From positions 124,001 to 188,000 of IMG/VR virus record IMGVR_UViG_3300032268_000986: a DNA stretch of 64,000 nt; one strand, given 5' to 3'. Each line of letters opens with the position of its first letter. Positions within the stretch are counted from its first letter, which is position 1. Below, piece by piece: positions 38,363 to 47,823 of the stretch. The notes under the pieces are model-generated. The model saw only the letters and a list, made by a program, of their open reading frames with translations. It ran no database searches and was not told where the DNA came from. A program made the translations under genes and the position numbers.

Positions 38363-39918
38363 TTTTTACGACCCTGACAGTGAGCTCGCTGACTGAATCC
38401 CCGGGGACTGGCGCAGTTGATTGAACTTTTGTATTTTTGACTCCACTTTTCATCAATGTAGTCTTCGTCCACGGGCTGATTTTCTCTACGTTGATAGCTG
38501 GCAGTCATGCCACCCACAAAGTTTTGTGCATCAACTTCGGTCATGTCAGGCTTGTCCATCAGGGGACCACCTGTGACCCAGGCATCGCAGGTTCTGCGAC
38601 TGGCACATTTGAACTTTAGAAACTTGCAGTATCCCAGGTCGCCGGCGTCAATCACACCTTCTGCATCTGCAGGCGAGTCAGCATCAATACCTTGCGCAAT
38701 GCAGTCCAAGGTGTCTTGGCGTATGTCAAATGCCGCACAGTTGCCGCACAGGCTTTGTTTTGCTTCTTCTGCACTGTCAAGATTCCACTCGTCAACTTTT
38801 TTCATCCAGAACTTGCGGTTGGACATGTCTGGGTTGAGTGGGCCATATCCGTATTCGTCAATGGCTTTTTGTCTGTTCTTGAGATTCAGTGTGATGTCCT
38901 GTGTGGCAGGCGGACACTTCTTTTCAGCCTCCGCCACACCTTGTGATTCAAAATTATCTATATTTCTAGAAACTCTACGCTCACTGCCTTGAGCAGGGAA
39001 TCCTGAACTTTGTGATTGCGGCGCAGGTCTTCCTGGGGCATACTTAGATAACTTTTCAGTGGCTTTTTCTCTAGCAATAGTCATCCACATTTGTTGTTGT
39101 CTGCGATCAATAGGCTGGCCACGTGTGGCAACTATTTGTTCATAGATTGCTCGTGCCATTTCCTCTATGTCTTTATTGTGTTGCACACGAGGATCATCTT
39201 GACGCATGTTTTGGAATTCTCTTGAAACATCAACAGGACGTGATTGTGCTATTGCAGATCCAGCTGCACCTGCCACAGCCGCCGCACCTAGTCCACGTAA
39301 GAATCCTCTACGGCTCAAGTCTTCGTCAAGTTCACCGCCAATGGCTGTGTCCAACAGTTTGACAACCGTGGCAGCTAGTCGGGGATTGGTTTGTGTCTTG
39401 GGATACAAGCTCATTACCAGAGCTGTTTTGCGTTGATCATTTAACCGGGGCCAGGCAGCGCGAATTTCTGTGGCCGATGTCATTCCGGGACCAAATTCCA
39501 CAGTGGGCAAGTAGGCCATGTAGGCATGCCGGGCAAATGGTTCTAGTCGGCGAGCACCCATGAGTGGTTGCAGGTATGCAGGTGATCCGTCTTTTTTTAC
39601 ACCACCGGCCTGGGGTGGTTTGTTGGCGTCTTTTTCACTGCGTACAAAGATCAGTCGATCCTGTGCAGGGTCAAATTGAGCAGTGATTTCCTCGGCACGA
39701 AATGGTGATTTGACCTGCACAAAATGTCCAGGCTCAACTCCAGCCAACTTGGCCAGTTTTTCTTTTACAGCAAATGGAAATGGTCTAGCCGATGTGTCAT
39801 TTGTGGCTGCCACAAATACTTTGGCGTCGGGAAATGCTCTGCGGGCAGAGTTGTAAAGGGCTGCATGGCCAGCATGAAAAGGGTGAAACCCACCCGGTAT
39901 AATAACAACGGTAGTCAT
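38359..39918 (-). CDS. Modular protein: HxGH nucleotidyltransferase-like domain, internal Tat-signal module, Cys-rich module, basic C-terminal peptide
   Basis: GGFHPFHAGH; LDE-DLSRRGFLRGLGAAAVAGAAGSAIA; SQGVAE; CGNC...CKFLKFKC..C; KWSQKYKSSINC. Confidence 0.8.
   Translation of the reverse strand: MTTVVIIPGGFHPFHAGHAALYNSARRAFPDAKVFVAATNDTSARPFPFAVKEKLAKLAGVEPGHFVQVKSPFRAEEITAQFDPAQDRLIFVRSEKDANKPPQAGGVKKDGSPAYLQPLMGARRLEPFARHAYMAYLPTVEFGPGMTSATEIRAAWPRLNDQRKTALVMSLYPKTQTNPRLAATVVKLLDTAIGGELDEDLSRRGFLRGLGAAAVAGAAGSAIAQSRPVDVSREFQNMRQDDPRVQHNKDIEEMARAIYEQIVATRGQPIDRRQQQMWMTIAREKATEKLSKYAPGRPAPQSQSSGFPAQGSERRVSRNIDNFESQGVAEAEKKCPPATQDITLNLKNRQKAIDEYGYGPLNPDMSNRKFWMKKVDEWNLDSAEEAKQSLCGNCAAFDIRQDTLDCIAQGIDADSPADAEGVIDAGDLGYCKFLKFKCASRRTCDAWVTGGPLMDKPDMTEVDAQNFVGGMTASYQRRENQPVDEDYIDEKWSQKYKSSINCASPRGFSQRAHCQGRKK
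38928..38942. repeat. GVAE cassette-boundary repeat (variant copy)
   Basis: CCTCCGCCACACCTT shares 13 nt with the 16-mer at 49493, 55816, 56608 and 57217. Confidence 0.8.
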
Positions 39919-39930
39919 ACCGTTATTTAG

Positions 39931-40296
39931 TTAGTATGTGATGGTGACAGAGTTGATGACACCGCCTGAAAAGCCTTCAACTCGTAAGCGTATCCAGGTA
40001 AAGTTTCCGGCAATGGCAGCAGGGTGATAGTCAGTCAGTGGCACAGTGCTGCCATCCCCGTACACATAGGTGGTAAACCAAGCAGCACTATCAGCGGTGT
40101 CGTCCAGTGTGGCTTCCACATAGATGATTCCTTCAAAGTTCTGCACACTGAATGTCAGGGTTTGAATACTGCCGCGACCATGATAGTAGTCGGCCGCAGT
40201 CACAGCTGGTGATGACCAATCTTGACTGCTGCCATCATAATTGCCAGCAGCTTGACCATATGTGGTGGTATCAAGAATGGTTTGTGTGGTGATCAT
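39931..40296 (-). CDS. Hypothetical beta-rich protein (possible virion component)
   Basis: 121-aa ORF, late-gene context. Confidence 0.7.
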   Translation of the reverse strand: MITTQTILDTTTYGQAAGNYDGSSQDWSSPAVTAADYYHGRGSIQTLTFSVQNFEGIIYVEATLDDTADSAAWFTTYVYGDGSTVPLTDYHPAAIAGNFTWIRLRVEGFSGGVINSVTITY

Positions 40297-40463
40297 TACG
40301 CTTGTTCAATTTCAACAATCACGCCGGCACCGGCCAACTCTTCGGCCACGGCCTGAAGCGCATCGCAGATGTCGCTGTTGGCAATCTGCTGATCTGCACT
40401 GTCTTTTTCCTTGATCAATTTTGAGAGTTTGATCACAACTACTTCTTCGTGTATTTTTGCCAT
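40296..40463 (-). CDS. 55-aa hypothetical protein (not in ORF track)
   Basis: MAKIHEEVVVIKLSKLIKE...VIVEIEQA; TAAATA upstream; TAATG overlap with the next gene. Confidence 0.75.
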   Translation of the reverse strand: MAKIHEEVVVIKLSKLIKEKDSADQQIANSDICDALQAVAEELAGAGVIVEIEQA

Positions 40464-40469
40464 AGTGTG

Positions 40470-41135
40470 TTATTTAGCCTGTATTGGTAGTGTTTTTCTA
40501 ATGATCCCGGGAGACACTAGATTCAACATTTGAATGTCACGCACATCGTCATGATCAATAAAAAAGTGACTCTGCACATAAACATGCCGGGATGCGGCGA
40601 GCCGCTCGCGAAACCCCGGGGTCAAACGATAGCAATCGCCTCGATTCAGCAGAAATCTTCGCAGTGCATGCCCTTGCTCTTGCTCCAGCATGCGACCACG
40701 GAAATAACTGCGATACCGGTGTTGTGGTTTTTCCAGTATCACAACATCTCGGGGCAATGCTACCCGAGCTCGAGTACCGTTTCCGTCTGGCTGTGCAGCC
40801 ACCAGCCGGTCAAGATCTGCTAGACTGTTGGTGTACACGTACATCCAGTCACTGTAGAAAATACGCTTGTGGGGTTCTTCAAATGCCGCCAACACATCAC
40901 ACATGTCGTGCAATCGTGCCACCCAGTTGTCATCAATGACTCTAGCCGGGTTTGACCAGCTGTATTTCAACAGTAGAGTGTTTGTTGCACCAACGGCGGT
41001 ACTCACAGCTTCATGGGTGAGAGTGTGCAAGCACCTGGCTCCACGCATGGCAAAGTTGTAGCCAAATTCGTACTGATCATAGAACAGCCGATCTCGCACA
41101 CGATCTTCAAATGTTGTCAAGTCTAATGATGCCAT
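40470..41135 (-). CDS. Hypothetical protein
   Basis: 221-aa ORF following clpA. Confidence 0.7.
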   Translation of the reverse strand: MASLDLTTFEDRVRDRLFYDQYEFGYNFAMRGARCLHTLTHEAVSTAVGATNTLLLKYSWSNPARVIDDNWVARLHDMCDVLAAFEEPHKRIFYSDWMYVYTNSLADLDRLVAAQPDGNGTRARVALPRDVVILEKPQHRYRSYFRGRMLEQEQGHALRRFLLNRGDCYRLTPGFRERLAASRHVYVQSHFFIDHDDVRDIQMLNLVSPGIIRKTLPIQAK

Positions 41136-43371
41136 CGCTGCCTACTGTTTGTGTGCTGGGGGAAATTACCACAAATTCAACTTGATCATCTACTAGATCA
41201 GCCACAACTTCGCAATCTCTAAGTTGATCAAACAAGATGCGTTTGCTGAGTGGCACACGCAACAACTCGTCAATCTTGCGGCTCAAGGGTCTGGCACCCA
41301 ACTTGCTGTCGTAGCCCTTTTTGGCCAACAAGTCCACGGCAGCTTCGCTCACAGTGAGTCGAATGTTGCGCTGGGCCAGGCTGGTTTTGAGATCGTCTAC
41401 AAATTTTACCACGACCTTTTTAATGGACAAATTGTCCAGCTTTTGGAACTTGACCACTGAGTCAATACGGTTTCGCATTTCGGGCTTGAAAAACTCTTTT
41501 ACTGCTCGATCATCTTCGCCGGTTTTCTCAAAGCTACCAAAGCCAATGTTGTTGGTTTCACTATCTCGGGCGCCCAGGTTTGATGTCATGATGATGATGC
41601 AGTTCTTGCAATTGGCTTTCTTGCCATTTGAACTGGTGATAACACCTTCGTCCAGCATCTGCAACATGATGTTGGTGACGTCGGGGTGAGCCTTTTCAAT
41701 CTCGTCAAACAGCACAATGGCAAAGGGATTTTTGCTGAGATCTGAAATCAGTTTGCCACCGCCTATGTTGCCATCTTCAAAACCCACGTAGCCTGGCGGC
41801 GCACCAATCAAGCCGCTGACCGAGTGACGTTCTTGAAATTCACTCATGTCGTATTTCAGCAAGGGCATGTCAAGATTTGCACTCAACAATCGAGCCAGTT
41901 CAGTCTTGCCTGTGCCAGTGGGTCCTGTGAACAAGAAACTGGCCATGGGACGCTTGTCATTGCCAATGCCAGCGAAGGAAATATACACACGTTCCAGCAC
42001 TGTGTCCACAGCTGAATCTTGCCCGTATAACTTTTGTTTGATATTGCTTTCAAGTTCCACAATTTTGGCTGATCGTTCGTTCTGCAGACGGTCTGTGGGC
42101 ACACCGGTCACACGACTCAGTTGAGCTTCAATCAAGGCACGAGTAATGGTCACACAGCCTTGATCCCGCACACGTTCACGAGCACAGGCACCGTCAATCA
42201 AGTCAATTGATTTGTCGGGATTCTTTTTGTCATGAATGTAACGATTTGCCAGTTCCACAGCAGTGGTCATGGCCTCGGTGTCAATCAACACATTGTGGAA
42301 TGTTTCCAGGCGTGGTGAGAGACCAATCAGGATCTGTTCTGTGGTCACTGCATCGGGTTCATCAATGCTGAGCTTGTGAAAGCGGCGCATCAAGGCACGA
42401 TCTTTTTCAAAGCTCTCGTAAAACTCTTCCCAGGTGGTTGATGCCACTACCTTGAGCATGCCCTTGGTGATGGCCGGTTTCAGCATGTTGGCAAAGTCCA
42501 AGCTGGAGTTTGATCCAGAACCGGCGCCACGCATGGTGTGAGCCTCGTCGATGAACAAAATGGTCTTTTTCTTGGTCTCCAAGGCTGCAATCACCTGTTT
42601 GAATTTTTCTTCAAACTCACCGCGGTACTTTGACCCAGCCAGCAAACTACCAATTTCCAGGCTCCACACTTCGTGATCTTTGAGAAACTCGGGCACACGT
42701 CCTGCATGAATTTCCTGGGCCAGTCCATCCACAATGGCAGTTTTGCCCACGCCGGGATCGCCCACCATGAGCACATTGGCTTTGAAGCGTCGAGCCAACA
42801 CCGTGATCATGTCTGACAGTTCGGTGCTGCGACCAATCATGGGTTCCAGTTGATTTTTTGCAGCACGAGCAGACAAATTCATGCAGTATTCTTCCAGCAC
42901 AGCATCGGCCTGTTGCTCAGACATCACTGCCGAAGATTCTTGACTGTAGTTTTTGCTCCAGAACTCAACAAATTCTGCTTTCTTCACTCCATACTTGAGC
43001 AAGAAATAGTGTGCATGACTGTTGGTTTCGGCCATGATAGACAGATACAAGTCAATCGTGGTCAATTGACGTCGTCCAGTAAACATCACTTGTACATTGG
43101 CGCGATTAAAAATGCGTTCCAGTGACTGTGTTTTTTTAGGTTGTGTGTCTGGAGTGTTGCTGATCATGCCCACTAGACTGCCAAGATATGCTGTTATGTC
43201 AGCATCCAGGTTGACCACGTCGGCACCAAAGCGTTCCAGAGTCTTACGGAATGGGTCAAATCGAATCATGCTCAACAACAGGTGTTCAGTCAGCACATAC
43301 TCGTGTTTTTGGTCACGAGCAATTTTCACGGCCTGTTCAACAACAAATTCAATATCGGGGCTATTTTGCAT
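41107..43371 (-). CDS. clpA: ClpA-type Hsp100 AAA+ chaperone
   Basis: Clp N-domain (EHLLL), Walker A GDPGVGKT and GPTGTGKT, FIDEAH, FDEIEKAH, no ClpB middle domain, IGF loop. Confidence 0.92.
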   Translation of the reverse strand: MQNSPDIEFVVEQAVKIARDQKHEYVLTEHLLLSMIRFDPFRKTLERFGADVVNLDADITAYLGSLVGMISNTPDTQPKKTQSLERIFNRANVQVMFTGRRQLTTIDLYLSIMAETNSHAHYFLLKYGVKKAEFVEFWSKNYSQESSAVMSEQQADAVLEEYCMNLSARAAKNQLEPMIGRSTELSDMITVLARRFKANVLMVGDPGVGKTAIVDGLAQEIHAGRVPEFLKDHEVWSLEIGSLLAGSKYRGEFEEKFKQVIAALETKKKTILFIDEAHTMRGAGSGSNSSLDFANMLKPAITKGMLKVVASTTWEEFYESFEKDRALMRRFHKLSIDEPDAVTTEQILIGLSPRLETFHNVLIDTEAMTTAVELANRYIHDKKNPDKSIDLIDGACARERVRDQGCVTITRALIEAQLSRVTGVPTDRLQNERSAKIVELESNIKQKLYGQDSAVDTVLERVYISFAGIGNDKRPMASFLFTGPTGTGKTELARLLSANLDMPLLKYDMSEFQERHSVSGLIGAPPGYVGFEDGNIGGGKLISDLSKNPFAIVLFDEIEKAHPDVTNIMLQMLDEGVITSSNGKKANCKNCIIIMTSNLGARDSETNNIGFGSFEKTGEDDRAVKEFFKPEMRNRIDSVVKFQKLDNLSIKKVVVKFVDDLKTSLAQRNIRLTVSEAAVDLLAKKGYDSKLGARPLSRKIDELLRVPLSKRILFDQLRDCEVVADLVDDQVEFVVISPSTQTVGSDGIIRLDNI

Positions 43372-43427
43372 ATGGTTCCTTGAAATACTTTCAATAATTT
43401 TAACACACTGGCCTGGCTGATGCAACC

Positions 43428-44228
43428 TTATTGGCAGTGTTCCTTGATGGCCTGTGTCACAGCGTCGGGCACATGATCGGGTATGTATGCTGTCAGGCGC
43501 AGCATGAGATCGCCACGACCTGTGCCAGAATCTTGCAGTCCACGCTGTCGCAGCCGCATCACAGTTCCAGGTTGGCTGGCAGCAGGTATGTTGATGGTCA
43601 GTTCATTGCCCAAAAAATCACTCAGGTCAACATCGCCGCCTGTGATCAATTTCCAGATTGAAATCCTAAAATCAGTGTGCAAGTTCAAACCATCTCGGCG
43701 CCACGCAGGATCGGGCTGCACTCGATACTGCACCACAAGGTCTTGTCCCCCGGGCGCTACACCACTGTATTGTACATTGTCCCCGTCCTGGATACCACGG
43801 GGCACTGAAATTTCCACAGTGGTGGTACCGGCACTGCTGCCAATGGACACACGTCGAGTGGATCCCAGTGCAACATCACGCAACTGTATAGTGACCGACA
43901 TGCGAACATGACTGCGTCGAGGCTGTGCGCCACCGGGAAATCCTCCAGTGAATCCACCCTGACGAAACATGCTGAACAAGTCATTGATGTCCACTCCAGC
44001 CGGGTGAAACCCACCACCCCCGCCGCCCTGGAATGGCGAGGGATTGTCATAGGCTGCTCGTTTGTTGGGATCACTCAGGGTGTCATAGGCTACCTGAATT
44101 TCTTGAAATCGAGCTGTGTCGCCACCTTTGTCGGGATGATGCTGGCTGGCCAGTCGACGGAAAGCACGTTTGATTTCATCGGCAGCAGCGGTTCGAGCAA
44201 CTCCTAGAGTTGCATAGTGATCGGTCAT
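43428..44228 (-). CDS. DnaJ/CbpA-type co-chaperone (no Zn finger)
   Basis: J-domain with HPD (HHPDKGG), G/F-rich linker, C-terminal GDL domain. Confidence 0.92.
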   Translation of the reverse strand: MTDHYATLGVARTAAADEIKRAFRRLASQHHPDKGGDTARFQEIQVAYDTLSDPNKRAAYDNPSPFQGGGGGGFHPAGVDINDLFSMFRQGGFTGGFPGGAQPRRSHVRMSVTIQLRDVALGSTRRVSIGSSAGTTTVEISVPRGIQDGDNVQYSGVAPGGQDLVVQYRVQPDPAWRRDGLNLHTDFRISIWKLITGGDVDLSDFLGNELTINIPAASQPGTVMRLRQRGLQDSGTGRGDLMLRLTAYIPDHVPDAVTQAIKEHCQ

Positions 44229-44234
44229 AGAAAA

Positions 44235-44280
44235 GGTCCAGTACAACATTAATTATACTGGACCTGCGGATGATAATCAA
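44235..44280 (-). promoter_or_regulatory. Sigma70 promoter whose -10 box lies within a terminator-like inverted repeat
   Basis: TTGATT (44280-44275)-17-TATAAT (44257-44252); GGTCCAGTA/TACTGGACC stem followed by TTTT. Confidence 0.65.
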
Positions 44281-44499
44281 TTATTTTTTGACTGGAACTG
44301 CTGTGGTGTCTTCGAGTTTTTTGTGAACTTTGACTTCTTTGCAATTCTGTTTGACTTTGCCAGTCTTGGCATCCTTGACTGGTTGACCTTGTTTGTCCTT
44401 GACATCCACACAGACTTGTTTGGTTTCTTTCTTGGGCTCGTCAGCAATGACAAATTGACTACCTAGAGCTAGTGTTAATGCGATCAATAAGTGTTTCAT
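44281..44499 (-). CDS. Small secreted Lys-rich protein
   Basis: Signal peptide MKHLLIALTLALGSQFVIA; two Cys. Confidence 0.7.
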   Translation of the reverse strand: MKHLLIALTLALGSQFVIADEPKKETKQVCVDVKDKQGQPVKDAKTGKVKQNCKEVKVHKKLEDTTAVPVKK

Positions 44500-44501
44500 G
44501 T

Positions 44502-44845
44502 TTAATCCTGTTTAAGTTTACCGACTGAGTTTTTTATACCTAATCGGTCCTCGAGTATAGCAATGTGCTGACGATTTTCAGCAATCATGTCACGATTACG
44601 TTGAATCTCTTTTTCAAGATCTTGGCGTAGTTTTTCTCTAGCAAGTTCAGCACCGGTGTTTGTGGCCTGCTTGTTGTCCGTGGTCACTACCAGACTTACT
44701 TTCTGGTTGAGGATTGTGACATCGTGCTGTATTGCCCCAGGGCCGAAATCAAGTAACCTGTTGAACCAATCAGCAGTGGTAAGAGAGCAAACAACAGTTT
44801 CTCTATAAATGCACCCTTGGCGCTTTCTTTGTTTTCATCTGCCAT
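44502..44845 (-). pseudogene. Membrane/coiled-coil protein gene split by a 1-nt frameshift in a G run
   Basis: MADENK..LISALG continues as AIQHDVTILNQKVSLVVTTDNKQ only after a frame change at CTGGGGCAATA (~44735); span 344 nt is one short of 115 codons. Confidence 0.7.
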
Positions 44846-44869
44846 TTTATTTTCCTTTATAGTTTTTGT

Positions 44870-45439
44870 TTACCGTTCTGGAAACGGTGGAATTATCGGG
44901 GCTGGTTTTCCGCCCCATCCGGCAACGACTTCTGTGAGCATAGGCGCTGGTGCTCCAAGGCCTGCACTACTACCATAGCCTGTTGTAGGTGCGCTTCCAA
45001 AGCCGCTTCCGCCGCCCAGGGGTTGTGTTCCCCAGGACTGTGTGACTGTGGTTGCTGTTGGTGTACCGAACATACTGGTTGTGGACTGTCCCACTGGCGG
45101 CGGTGGCGTGTATGTTGTTCCGACATTTGATGGTAGGGTGATTCCGCCATTGTTGGCTCCTGACATTTTTTCCTGTGTGCGACCATAGGCTGCGATACCC
45201 AGCACAGCACCCATGGCAATGTGGAACAAGCCGGCACCCTGCAAGGTAATGGGTTGCCACTGTATGTTGACCTGGCCTTTGCTCACAGCCTGCAACAGAC
45301 TCCACAGTATGGGAAACAACACAAAGTCCATGACACAAACCAGCATGTACATCCAACCCATCATGGGTCGCCATTTTGAGTTCATCCAGTCTTCTTTTTT
45401 CTTTTCTGACTCACTCATGGGTTTTTGTTCTTCTGTCAT
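44870..45439 (-). CDS. Holin-like membrane protein (3TM holin-like) with low-complexity tail
   Basis: WRPMMGWMY..FVLFP..AMGAVLGIAAYGRTQEK; lysis-gene neighbourhood. Confidence 0.55.
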   Translation of the reverse strand: MTEEQKPMSESEKKKEDWMNSKWRPMMGWMYMLVCVMDFVLFPILWSLLQAVSKGQVNIQWQPITLQGAGLFHIAMGAVLGIAAYGRTQEKMSGANNGGITLPSNVGTTYTPPPPVGQSTTSMFGTPTATTVTQSWGTQPLGGGSGFGSAPTTGYGSSAGLGAPAPMLTEVVAGWGGKPAPIIPPFPER

Positions 45440-45465
45440 GCCAGCTCCTTGTGTAACAAAAGTAT

Positions 45466-46248
45466 TTACCGTCCAACGTAGATTTGGGGCAGAGCGTCTT
45501 GCGCACGTTGTTGTTCTGTGCGGGGGAACAGCCCTGGTCCATATTGAGGATACTTTTGCTGGCGGTCATGTGCTACCCACACAAACACTCCGCCCATGAC
45601 AAATACTATTGTAATGATGGCAACACCTATTGTGAATTCTTCTCTGAGTTGTTTCAATCTGGCCTGACGCCGTCGTTGCTGGGCTTCGTGTACCTTCATT
45701 TGTTTTATCACAAGAGTCTGTTGTTCTGCACTCATTTGTTTCATCATTTCTTCTACTTCGGTGTACAGCGCACCCAGTTCTGGCGGGCTTTGATAGATCA
45801 TTAATTCCCGTAGTTCAACTTCCATTTGTTGCAGTTGTTTGCGCATGAGCACACGTTGTAGAGCACGTTTGCCCAGACTGTCATCGCCGGTGTAAATTTC
45901 ACGCCGGGCTCGACGTTCTTGTTCGTCAAATATGGCCATGCACTTGTAGAAGTTGTCATAGTATGTGCCCAGGTGATTGCCAATTTCTTGATAGACACTG
46001 CTGTGATCGCCTGCATTGGCTTTTTTGTTTAGATCTATTACACGATTCTTTTCTTCTATGTAGGCATTCTTTTGTGCCACAGTGGCAGGTTTTTCAGGAG
46101 GATAGAGTTTTTGAAACTGACTGTCAAGATCCTTGAGGACATCACGGACTTCACCGGCAGCGCCTTTGATGTCTTTGTAAAGTTTACATCCTGCCTTGAC
46201 AGCGGACACAGCCCCGTTGGCCAGGGCAAATAATGTTAAGGGATCCAT
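45466..46248 (-). CDS. Coiled-coil protein with C-terminal TM helix
   Basis: MDPLTLFALANGAVSAVK; TM IGVAIITIVFVMGGVFVWV; paralog of 47026..47523. Confidence 0.75.
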   Translation of the reverse strand: MDPLTLFALANGAVSAVKAGCKLYKDIKGAAGEVRDVLKDLDSQFQKLYPPEKPATVAQKNAYIEEKNRVIDLNKKANAGDHSSVYQEIGNHLGTYYDNFYKCMAIFDEQERRARREIYTGDDSLGKRALQRVLMRKQLQQMEVELRELMIYQSPPELGALYTEVEEMMKQMSAEQQTLVIKQMKVHEAQQRRRQARLKQLREEFTIGVAIITIVFVMGGVFVWVAHDRQQKYPQYGPGLFPRTEQQRAQDALPQIYVGR

Positions 46249-46285
46249 TTTTGATTTTTATATTCCCAGCAGCAGTCATGAAAAA

Positions 46286-46307
46286 GCCCTGTAAGTATTT
46301 ACAGGGC
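46286..46307 (-). terminator. Intrinsic terminator-like hairpin containing TAAATA
   Basis: GCCCTGTAAATACTTACAGGGC followed by TTTTT on the minus strand. Confidence 0.65.
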
Positions 46308-46334
46308 CCGGGATTTATATTAAATGCAGGTTTA

Positions 46335-46880
46335 TTAAATTGCCGGGATCCACAGCCAATAGCCCTGGGCCATCAGCACCAGTCCAACTGCGCCCACCGC
46401 CAGGCTGACATGATACATGCGATTGTTCACGGTCAAAATACTGGCACTCAGCAACACAATGGCCAGTTGGAACAGCATGCCTGAAAATGTCAACCATGGG
46501 CCATGAGCTCTGGCAGCTTCACGTGCAGCTTCTTGTGCTCGTGCTTTGGCCAGCAGTTCCCGCTTGCCTTCGCCGGTGTCGGGTTCACTTTCGTAACGAG
46601 CAATTTTGGCTTCAAGTTTGGCAATGCGAGCAGTGTCTGTGCCTTTGCGAGCTTCTTCCAACTGTCCTTCGGCAAGAGTTTGTTTGATACTCTTGCTTTG
46701 ATAGAATCCGTAAGTGTTGCTGGCCTGTAACAGATTGGTCTGTGCTGTGCTGCTGAATCCGTTGGCAAGATAGGTATTGGCTGCTAAAAACAGCGCCATG
46801 AACACAATGACCAAGCCGGCCTTATCCTTGATCAGTGCTTCACGTTCACTGCGACTCAGATGTTTGTTTTCTTCTGTCAT
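46335..46880 (-). CDS. Membrane protein, DUF4337-like
   Basis: N-terminal TM, Y.FYQSKSIKQ, C-terminal two TMs (LFQLAIVLLSASIL). Confidence 0.65.
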   Translation of the reverse strand: MTEENKHLSRSEREALIKDKAGLVIVFMALFLAANTYLANGFSSTAQTNLLQASNTYGFYQSKSIKQTLAEGQLEEARKGTDTARIAKLEAKIARYESEPDTGEGKRELLAKARAQEAAREAARAHGPWLTFSGMLFQLAIVLLSASILTVNNRMYHVSLAVGAVGLVLMAQGYWLWIPAI

Positions 46881-46903
46881 TTTGTTTTCCTTTTTTGTAT
46901 TTA

Positions 46904-47029
46904 TTAACCAGGTAAAAATCTAAAACCATCAACCAGCCATGAGGCAATGATCACGCCACAAATGATTTTGAGTAATTTGTCAACGTTATCTTTGTAATCA
47001 AAGACTTCATATTTGTGTTCGGGCTTCAT
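46904..47029 (-). CDS. 41-aa single-TM protein (not in ORF track)
   Basis: MKPEHKYEVFDYKDNVDKLLKIICGVIIASWLVDGFRFLPG; ATGA overlap with the upstream stop. Confidence 0.6.
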   Translation of the reverse strand: MKPEHKYEVFDYKDNVDKLLKIICGVIIASWLVDGFRFLPG

Positions 47030-47523
47030 CTACTGCAACTCCTAGATGTTTGGCAATACTGCATGAGTTCATACAAACCCCAGGCCATGCCCACCAGTGC
47101 AACAATGGCCAAAAACACTGCAATGACTATTTCTGTAGTTTCCTCTATCTCTCTCTTGCGTTTTGCAGCAGCTTCCTTTTCTCTTCTGGCATCATGGGCA
47201 GCTTCAAGATCCATGGATTGCGACCTTGCTTTGATTTTATTCCATACGTCAACCTTGCCAGCTTGCATGAACAGCAGTTGCAATTCTTTTTCAAACCGGG
47301 CGGCCTGGTCCAAGGCCATTTCAATTTCAATTGCCGCTGCCATGCTGGACTTCTTGCCACTGGTTTTGGCCTGTACTGCGGCCTTGGTTGCATTGCTTTT
47401 GGCATCAAAATACTTGCCCAACACCGGGCCCAGGGATGAAACATCATCCACGGTTTTTGATACTTTCTTGATTAACGCAACAGCGGATTGTATGCCTGCC
47501 AGTGCGGTGATTGGATCAATCAT
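47026..47523 (-). CDS. Coiled-coil protein with C-terminal TM helix
   Basis: MIDPITALAGIQSAVALIK; paralog of 45466..46248. Confidence 0.75.
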   Translation of the reverse strand: MIDPITALAGIQSAVALIKKVSKTVDDVSSLGPVLGKYFDAKSNATKAAVQAKTSGKKSSMAAAIEIEMALDQAARFEKELQLLFMQAGKVDVWNKIKARSQSMDLEAAHDARREKEAAAKRKREIEETTEIVIAVFLAIVALVGMAWGLYELMQYCQTSRSCSR

Positions 47524-47744
47524 TTTTTTCTTTCCTTGTCAGGTTCTTTTTTGTGCCACTCCAAGCAAACCACAGTTCTATTGTATACATCACCGGTCCA
47601 GGTCCATCTAATGCACCTGGGCGGTGGTTCAGATTTGTTGGCTAGCAATGGTTGTGCTGCCTGAGGTTGAGGCGGTGTAATGGTTTGTGATGACGTGTTG
47701 ATAAACGCCATGACTGCAACAGCAGCAATGATGGGTTTATTCAT
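47520..47744 (-). CDS. Small secreted/membrane protein
   Basis: Start moved to MNKPIIAAVAVMAF; C-x-W-x-W...C motif. Confidence 0.6.
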   Translation of the reverse strand: MNKPIIAAVAVMAFINTSSQTITPPQPQAAQPLLANKSEPPPRCIRWTWTGDVYNRTVVCLEWHKKEPDKERKK

Positions 47745-47823
47745 GGCTCCGGCCCTTTGTATACGCTCGATCTTTGCCGAGTCTATATACTTACAAGGGC
47801 CGGGGTTGAACTTTACAGTGTGT

